This document shows positions 55,946 through 64,000 of a stretch of 64,000 bases of DNA, one piece after another. Position numbers and translations under genes: made by a program. The DNA is from Epiperipatus broadwayi (lineage: Eukaryota > Animalia > Onychophora): the NCBI GenBank assembly GCA_028023455.1, contig JAQFVV010000005.1, positions 12,958,001 through 13,022,000 of the forward strand, in the 5' to 3' direction. Position 1 is the stretch's first letter; each line of letters opens with the position of its first letter. The notes below the pieces were generated by a model, which was not told the origin of the DNA, ran no database searches, and saw nothing but the letters and a program-made list of their open reading frames with translations.

Positions 55946-56249
55946 TTGGCGATAATCTGCAAAGCTTGGTAAGAGCTTATTTGCAAGCTCTATATATAGC
56001 ATTTGTAAAACAAGCTTGTTAAATTAGGTCATGTGACATATGGCTTGATTTCTTTGTAAAATATATATATATATAATTGTTATAAGCTGTTGTTTTGCAC
56101 ATAAATGAATAAATTGAATTCTTAATTTTTAAATATTTATTATATTTCACCAATTCTGCATGTGGTTTTTCCTTGATTTGTAATAGCTAATCTTAACAAA
56201 ATCCTAATGTTTACTTAATATATTCTGAAACACCCAAGGATTATAATCT

Positions 56250-57330
56250 TAATGGTAGCCAAGTCTCCATACAGTAATGCCACACAGTGCAAGCATTAAT
56301 AATCAACGGTTGCAGGAAGGTTTGTGCAATATCCCCAGATTACTTTCTAGCTTGTTGCTTTCACCAGTGAAGAGCTTTGAATCTGAAAGCACTGTGCTTA
56401 GATCTAATGATTTAATGCAACCCTCTTTCATTAACTATAAAGCTAAAAGCTCAAAATAAAAACACCTTAATATCTTCAACCCAAGTTCATTTGCTTGTAC
56501 AGTCAGCATCCATATATTTTGGTATCCTTGGTTTATCAAAAACTACAGTTACTATTACCCCAGAGGCAGGAATGGTATGAAAACAGAAAACACCATATGA
56601 TCATCATTTTCTATGCTTTCACAAGCTGTTATTAACAGTAGCAAACTCTCCATACAGTAGTGACACCCAGTGCAAGCTTTAGTAGTCAATGGATACAAGA
56701 AGATATGTGCATAAAATCCTCATCTAGTGCTTACTCATCCCATATCCCTAGACTAGTTTCTGGCTTTTGACTTTCATCAGTGAGACACTTTGAATCTGAG
56801 AGCATTGTAGCTAGATCTAAGGATCTAATGTAACCCTCCAGCAGCCATTTTCCCCCTATTTTGTTAGATATAAAGCTAGAAGCTCGTGATAAAAAATACC
56901 TTAATGTCTTCAACCAATGGCGACTGTGGTTTTTGATAAATCAAGGACATAAAAAAGGAAGGATGCTGAAGTAGATTCATATCTATATGACTATACAAGT
57001 GAATGAGCTTGAGTTGAAGATATTAAGGTGTTTTTGTCTTGAGCTCCTAGCTTTATGTTAACTAAATAGATAATAATGGCTGCTGGAAGAATGCATTAGA
57101 TCCTTACTTTTGCTCTCAGATCCAAAACTCTTCAATGATAAAAGCAACAAACTAGAAACAAGTCTGGTGATATTGGATAAGTAGGCACTAGATGGGGATT
57201 TAAGCACAAATCTTCCAGCATCCATTGATTACTAAAGCTTGCACTGAGTGGCACTACTGTATGGAGAGTTTACTACTGTTAATAACAGCTTGTGTAAGCA
57301 AAGGAAATGGTGATCATGCGATGTTTTGTT
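56250..57330. mobile_element. Older family A elements (inverted plus tandem copies)
   Basis: Homologous to 59262-60267; partly decayed HHR at 56746-56785(-) and decayed ones at about 56333-56370 and 57130-57170; a GIY-YIG C-terminal-like peptide HKKGRMLK*IHI at about 56945-56985. Confidence 0.7.
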
Positions 57331-57544
57331 GATTATAATCTTCTGTATAACAGCTTATAATATTATTATAGTACTATGCCATCGTGCAAGAATAACATAT
57401 AAAATTTATGAATTTTTAATAATTCAATCAAGCTATCAGAACCATCTGAAGAGTTTGTTTTAAAAATAGTGTAAGAGAGTCCAAATTAAATATTTAAAAA
57501 AAGTAAAATCATTTGTGAGATATGTTTTTATAAAAGCAACTCAC

Positions 57545-57622
57545 CAGAAGACTCTGGAGAAAATCTTGCATGCAGAGTCATCTTGAGAGTGGAAGAAGCT
57601 TCTATAGTAAATATAGTTTTTT
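57545..57622 (-). CDS. Mucin-like S/T/P exon
   Basis: 78 nt, ttaattttag|..|gtgagt: (E)KTIFTIEASSTLKMTLHARFSPESS. Confidence 0.85.
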
Positions 57623-58426
57623 CTAAAATTAAAAAAAAATTTTTTTTTCATTTACTAAGATTCATTAAGAATTAATTTAATAAACACACATTCACAAAAC
57701 TATCCATCTGATTTTGAGGACTTATTTACAATATATGTATGAGATACATTAATCCAGCATTGATAACACTCAAAAAGATAAATCTCCAAAACACTAATTA
57801 AATGCAATCACTTCTACTATTAAAATCTATGCTCCTATAAAAAGGAATATACTTTCACCTTATCTGCTAAAATAGACTATAATAACAATAAGGGAAATTT
57901 TTAAATCACCTGAGAAGTTTCTGGTGTTATTATTGTGTAGTCTACACGATTATATAAAGTCTTTAATGGCAAGGTAGAGATATATTCATTTTTCATCTAA
58001 GTGTAATGATAGATACTGATAATATTTACATATATATTATAATGAGATTTTTTGTGAGCCCCAAACAAAAATTGGTGATGAGCATACTGAAAAACCTTAC
58101 AAATTTATAAGTGTATTGCATCAAATTACTTTTTATGACTTATGATCAACTTGATGAATTTAATTTCAACTGCACATTTAAATGTCTATTCTTTTTTTTG
58201 TAAACAGTATCACTCCTTGAGCTACTATAACTATCCTCTTATTATAGACATATTACCCATAATAAGAGGTATGTGGTTAGTTTTTTAATAAAGAGACTTG
58301 TGGCTTCCAACAATTTGGTTGACAGGAATACTGACTCACAATCCTGGGATAGATAGAAAAATTCAATCATCAAAAAAATAAGTTCACAATGCAGCATGAA
58401 TATCAAAAGAACTATTTTAATTTAAT

Positions 58427-58712
58427 TACAATAAATAACTTAAAAAACTTGAAATAGATAATAAAAACCAAATATTTGGCAAGCTGAAGCCTTGCTCATG
58501 GGGAATTTATGAAACTCAGAGACTCATGGCACAGCCCTGCCTGTGTCAAACAACTACAATATCAGACATGATTATTTTGAGTACAATAAATAACTTAAAA
58601 TATGTATTAGATAATAAAATCAAATTTGTGGCAAACTAAAGCCTTTATAGAAATTTATGAAACTTAGAGATTCATGGCACTGTTTTGTCTGTGACAAACA
58701 ACTACAATATCA
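58427..58712. repeat. Diverged direct duplication, unit about 155 bp
   Basis: tacaataaataacttaaaa..gcaagctgaagcc..gactcatggcac..caaacaactacaatatca present twice. Confidence 0.75.
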
Positions 58713-59384
58713 AGTATTAAGATTAAGCCTTACTTATTTCTGGAAAATACAGGCTGATTCCTGTTAATTTTAAAATGGGGTAAGTGCTGTGCTGAAATAT
58801 CCTATTCCATGAAGCATCATCAACACACACTGTACTATAATACCAATGGAAAAATCTCCATCCATCACCAAAGTCATCCCAATCCTGGACAAGTTCTTCT
58901 TTACTCTACTTTATCATAAATATTAATCTCATTTTTTCTTTCTGTAACAGGTACATAACTGTACCCTGCTCTAAATGGTTTAATGTCATGGCTGGCAATA
59001 ATATTCATCTTTATTGATTCACTTGCAGTTTTCCTGATTACATAAATTGTGTTTAGAATTTTCTTGTGATATCCTATAATTAATACTTTCCTGGTAATCC
59101 TCACTTCAATAGCAATATAATAAAGCTTGTTTAAGTTCCATCAAACTTCATGGCTGAATAAATAAGGAATCCCATCACACTTGGGTTACCCTTTGTAGAT
59201 GATTTTCGGCTATCTTGAGCTTTGATTCTTATATCATTGGGTTTTAGGTTGAAATATCTTTAAACAATTCAAAACAAAGCAAAACTCTCCATTTAGTAGT
59301 GCCATCTTGTGCTAACAAGAGCAATCAATGGATGCCAGAAGGCTTGTGCATAAAATCCCTATCTAGTGCCTACTCATCCAATAT

Positions 59385-59424
59385 CCCCAGACTAGTTTCT
59401 GGCTTGTAGCCTTCATCAGTGAGG
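59385..59424 (-). ncRNA. Minimal type I hammerhead ribozyme (family A)
   Basis: CCUCA-CUGAUGA-AGGCUACAAGCCA-GAAAC-UA-GUC/UGGGG. Confidence 0.85.
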
Positions 59425-59593
59425 AGCCTTGGATCTGAGAGCACTGCACCTAGATCTTAGGATCTAATGCAACCCTCCAGCACTCACCTTTTAACTCTAT
59501 TTAACTACAAAACTATGAGAATGAAATTGAAAACACAATTAATATTTTCAATCCAAGCTCAATAGCTTATATAGTGCTCTCAGGTCCAAGGCT

Positions 59594-59633
59594 CCTCACT
59601 GATGAAGGCCACAAGCCAGAAACTAGTCTGGGG
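59594..59633 (+). ncRNA. Minimal type I hammerhead ribozyme (family A)
   Basis: Intact core; predicted cleavage after 59628. Confidence 0.85.
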
Positions 59634-60058
59634 ATATTGGATAAGTAGGCACTAGATAGAGATTTTATGCACAAGCCTTCTGGCATCCATTGATTGCTCT
59701 TGTTAGCACAAGATGGCACTACTATATGGAGAGTTTTGCTTTGTTTTGAATTGTTTAATAACAATTATGTGCTAGTATGAGATAGTGATCATGTGATGTT
59801 TAGTGGTTTAACAACAATCCTGCCTAATAGGATAGTGGTGGCTATGATTGTTAAAGATCCAAAGACACCAAAATGTATGGGTGCTGAATTGAGTTCAGAC
59901 CCATATAACTATATAAGCTATTGAGCTTGGATTGAAAATATTAATTGTGTTTTCAATTTCATTCTCACAGTTTTGTAGTTAAATAGAGTTAAAAGTTGGG
60001 TGCTGGAGGATTGCATTAGATCCTAAGATCTAGGTGCAGTGCTCTCAGATCCAAGGCT

Positions 60059-60098
60059 CCTCACTGATGAAGGCCACAAGCCAGAAACTAGTCTGGGG
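60059..60098 (+). ncRNA. Minimal type I hammerhead ribozyme (family A)
   Basis: Intact core; predicted cleavage after 60093. Confidence 0.85.
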
Positions 60099-62169
60099 AT
60101 ATTGGATGAGTAGGCACTAGATAGGGATTTTATGCACAAGCCTTCTGACATCCAATGATTGCTCTTGTTAGCACAAGATGGCATTACTATATGGAGAGTT
60201 TTGCTTTGTTTTGAATTGTTTAATAACAATTATGTGCTAGTATGAGATAGTGATCATGTGATGTTTAGTTGAAATATCTTTTCAAACTATTTAAATACTC
60301 AATGGATGCTTCACTCACATTGCTGAAAAGATTCTGAACTTTAATAATTGGTTTACTATGCCAGCTTTATTCAAGGGCCAAATTATGTAAGCATTAAAAT
60401 GTAAAAAATAAATACTAAATGACAATTCAAATAAACTTTTGTGGATGAAACCGAGTCTATGTGAATCATTTGATGATTATTATTATTATTATTAACTAAA
60501 AATATTAGGATCAGTCAAAATCGGCATCAAGAATTTGAAAAGCAGATCTGCAGTGACACCAAGATTGTTTGTGGAATAAAATTGCATTTCTCATTTGTTT
60601 TCAAAAATCAAGTGAAAAGCTCATATTTGATACAAGTCTAAAAATTAGAATTTAATTCTGAACATGAGCCAATAAATGATAGTTATTATATGTGATTTAA
60701 GTATTTAGCAACTTAAGTCATATAATTCACCTATAATGTGTTTTTTAAAATATGTCACAATATACGTTTTAGAATGGCATGCATATATAATAGTAGTTTC
60801 AGAAAACAGCAGCAGTCAATTATGCCATATTATGATATCGATATTATTTTTTTTCAAAGTAATGGTGCAGCCATAAAAATTACACAGAAAAGATATTTGA
60901 AAATGCAGATAACAGATTCTTGCAGTCTACATAATTTGACCAAGCATAAAAGTCAATAGAATGATAGGGTGACCCTATCCTACTCAGAAAAACTAACAAC
61001 ATTGCTTAAACTTTAATGGTTGCTTATAGGATGATCTCATAGCCACAAAGATAATGTAGCTGTCATCAAGGTATCAGTCTTATCTTGTATTAGATATCTT
61101 TATAACTAAAAACAAGCTATTTTCTGGATCTAGAAATTTTCACTAATTTCTTTTGTTGAAACAATTTATACACTATGGGTAAAATCATATGAAAGTCTTA
61201 GATTAATACACAACTGTAAATGAATTACTGCATAAAACCTTATAAATTTGAATGCATCCTCTTTGATAAAATATATTAATGATTATTGCTAACCATTTAT
61301 TAGGCTGGAGATTATTGTATCACTGTGATCCTAATTATAAACTCAACTATATAGTATTATTAATACAATTTCATTGCTCTTTTTTTTTTGTATATGTAAT
61401 GTCTTAGATATACAATCTTTTCCATAAAACAAATTTTAAAGCACCTGAATAAACATACGTAGGAAAAAATTTATATAATAATAAGATAACAATATTTATT
61501 CTAAACTCATTTCAAAAATTTATTATTATTTTCATTATTATTATATTTTAATGATTTATTTATTTTCTATTTTGTCAATTCTATTGTAACTTACATTTTG
61601 TAAAAGCTACAGATGTTATAGATATTCTAAAACTGAGGGTCCTAATATATTCAGTTATTCGTCTGATGGTGGATTTATATAACTGAACATTAAAATGTTT
61701 TGAATTTCAGGCTATCAGCTTGATAAAAAATAAATAAAAGATGATAGCTGGATGAGGGTTAAATATTCTCACTGACAAAATCATTAAGAATAATCTAGAT
61801 CCTGGATAGGATAACACTAGATTTAATTATAATACAACTACTTATCATTGGATACTTAAACTTACAATGAGAGATCTGGAGTAAAATGAATATATTAAAT
61901 ATATATTCCTAACACATTCAGCAATAAATCTTATTTTATGTTAGAGATATTCACCTATCATAGTGTTTGTGCTACTAGGATATGACAGTAAGATATGGAG
62001 TTATATCATGAATTTAGTTGAAGGCTCATAAAAGTAGCAATAAACAGTGATTTTGGATTTAAAAAATAGTCAGATTTGAAGAATTGTTTTAAGTCAATAT
62101 ATATATATATATATATATATGCATGCAGATTAAATTAAGTTTCACATTCTCTCTTATTAAACAACTTAC

Positions 62170-62247
62170 CAGTTGAAAGTGGTGTAGAAGTCGTTGCATG
62201 CGAAAATGACATATGAGTGCTTGAAGTCTCTGTAAAATCAGTTTTTT
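62170..62247 (-). CDS. Mucin-like S/T/P exon
   Basis: 78 nt, ttaattttag|..|gtaagt: (E)KTDFTETSSTHMSFSHATTSTPLST. Confidence 0.88.
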
Positions 62248-62601
62248 CTAAAATTAAAATAAATATATTTTAATTAATGTATATACTCTTTTTATGTAAT
62301 TCAAGTTTAATAAGTAATTTACCAAACATGAAAATAGAGTGTGAGTAAAAAATTTGAAATATTTAGAAATTTATGTAGGAAAAAAAAACTGTATAATAAA
62401 AAAAGAAGTTTGCATACACAGTACGGTTATTCATTTAAAGTGACTTTAACTATTTTTTATTCAATAAATTCTTCAGGTCATTGAACTCTTTTATCTGATA
62501 TCCATCTTCAATCTGAACTGATAAAATATATACACTGCAACTAATCACTTGAGGTTTGATAACATCAATGTAGCAACACATTCACTAGATATTTAGCATA
62601 T

Positions 62602-64000
62602 TGTAGTGTTTTGTAAAAATGGCAGACATGTTTGTGCACTCCAGAAAAACTAGAATTTATTCGAGAGGTTGTTTTAGATCATGTGCTGATAACTGTGGAA
62701 TCTAATTAAGGCATTGACATAATGGCGATCAACAATTCCAAGAAATATTTGCTGATTACAAGTATTTCTAGATAAGAGACCGTACCTCATTGGACAATAT
62801 AATTGATTGTTGCAGTTGTTAGAAAGCGATAAGAAGACTGGGTAACAACTACACCACCAGTAGAGAGCAGTATTTGAGTAAGCAGTGATTAGAGGACAAC
62901 TCCAGTAGAGAGCAGTATTTGAGTGGGCAGTATTTAGGGTACAACGCCAGTAGACGTCTGTTCAATTCTAGTAGAGATATCTCGCATCAGTGCTTGTGGT
63001 AAATGACCAGTGCCCAGTGGAAATGTAGTCCACAGGTGTAGCTGAAAGAGCCCACAGAGATGGGGAGACCACAGAGGAGATATTGAGGACATTTGTTGCC
63101 AGAGAATACAGAGTGTATTCAGAGCATTTGCTGCAGGGCATTTGTTGCGAGAGAATACAGATTGTATTCAGAGCATTCGTTGCAGGGCATTTGTTGCCAC
63201 AGAATACAGAGGTATTCAGAGCATTCGTTGCAGGACATTTGTTGCCTGAGAATACAGAGTGTATTCAGAGCATTCGTTGCAGAGCATTTGTTGCAGAGCA
63301 TTCATTGCAGAGCATCCGTTGCAGAGCATTCATTGCAGGGCAATTGTTGCCAGATAATACAGAGTGTATTCAGAGCATTCATTGCAGAGCATCCATTGCA
63401 AGAGAACAGCATGGGAATTGAACAATAGTGAATTGTAGAGATAAAGTCTTACTGTGTATATTTATTTTATGACGGCACAGACATTCATGCAGATATAACA
63501 TTGGCGCAGTCGCATTTGGAACCTGTGAGTAGCGAATAAGTTTTGCATACAACAAGCTTAGCCATAGACGGAGAAATCGGGTGAAAATGGCCAGTTAGTA
63601 TAACATTATAACGGAAGTGAAAGTTTGGAAATAAAACACTTGCGCAGTCACCACCGGAAGCCGAGTCCCCCCATGCTTGTGCAGTCACCATTGAACGTAA
63701 CTGGCGATGAAGTGTGGCAGCAGTTTGGAATGGAATACTTCTGAGTGAAATAACAGAAAAGTAGGAATAGAAAAAAGAAAACATCAAGGAATTGCAACAA
63801 GGGTTTTTCTGGAGTGGAGGGAGGTGTAGTGTTTTGTAAAAATGGCAGACATGTTTTTGCACTCCAGAAAAACTAGAATTTATTCGAGAGGTTGTTTTAG
63901 ATCGTGCTGATAACTATGGAATTTAATTAAGGCATTGATGTAATGACGATCAACAATTCCAAGAAATATTTGCTGATTGCAAGTATTTCTAGATAAGAGA
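62602..64000 (+). mobile_element. Non-autonomous LTR element (5' LTR 62602-63500, internal region 63501-63824, 3' LTR from 63825 past the window end)
   Basis: tgtagtgttttgtaaaaatggcagac repeated at 62602 and 63825; LTR ends ..ataaca, then PBS tggcgcagtcg (63502-63512); PPT ggagtggagggagg (63811-63824). Confidence 0.8.
63085..63410. repeat. Minisatellite inside the LTR
   Basis: Units of about 49 bp (cagagcattcgttgcagggcatttgttgccagagaatacagagtgtatt) built from 14-bp gcagagcatt.gtt subunits. Confidence 0.9.

Larger units (their letters stand above)
55670..56065. mobile_element. Family C fold-back HHR element
   Basis: Inverted arms aaatcaagtcatatgtcacatgacc.. / ..ggtcatgtgacatatggcttgattt; an HHR in each arm. 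Confidence 0.8.
59262..60267. mobile_element. Youngest family A element: inverted copy plus tandem 465-nt monomers, 14-bp TSD
   Basis: TSD gttgaaatatcttt at 59248-59261 and 60268-60281; HHRs at 59385-59424(-), 59594-59633(+) and 60059-60098(+). Confidence 0.9.

Noticed and set aside
58901-59104. 67-aa minus-strand ORF and neighbouring GC-richer segment
   Set aside because: Probably TE-derived, but no diagnostic motif could be recognised.
63083-63428. Repetitive 112-aa and 111-aa ORFs
   Set aside because: Translations of the LTR minisatellite.

Overview
This is very AT-rich eukaryotic (probably invertebrate) genomic DNA; the organism cannot be identified from the sequence. Most ORF-track entries are noise or transposon debris. 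(1) The whole window lies inside one large minus-strand intron-rich gene that runs off both ends. It has at least 4 intact S/T/P-rich mucin-like exons that arose by tandem duplication, a fifth paralog with a dead donor, 4 EGF-domain exons and some candidate microexons; all are symmetric phase 1-1. (2) The introns are packed with short Penelope-type elements carrying minimal type I hammerhead ribozymes (HHRs). There are about 11 intact or near-intact cores in at least 4 sequence families. Most elements show an inverted 5' copy plus tandem repeats, and five have 11-14 bp target-site duplications; two are retrozyme-like arrays with 465-nt and about 472-nt monomers. (3) Other mobile elements: a full-length Ty3/Gypsy (Mag-like) element at 28648-33087 with identical LTRs but a broken gag-pol; an old minus-strand Gypsy at 36277-41722; a non-autonomous LTR element with a minisatellite in its LTR (62602 to the window end); RTE and other LINE relics; a Penelope RT/GIY-YIG relic; a tRNA-shaped SINE; and two unclassified 2-2.5 kb element types. 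Everything was read by eye with no database searches, and coordinates of degenerate relics are approximate.
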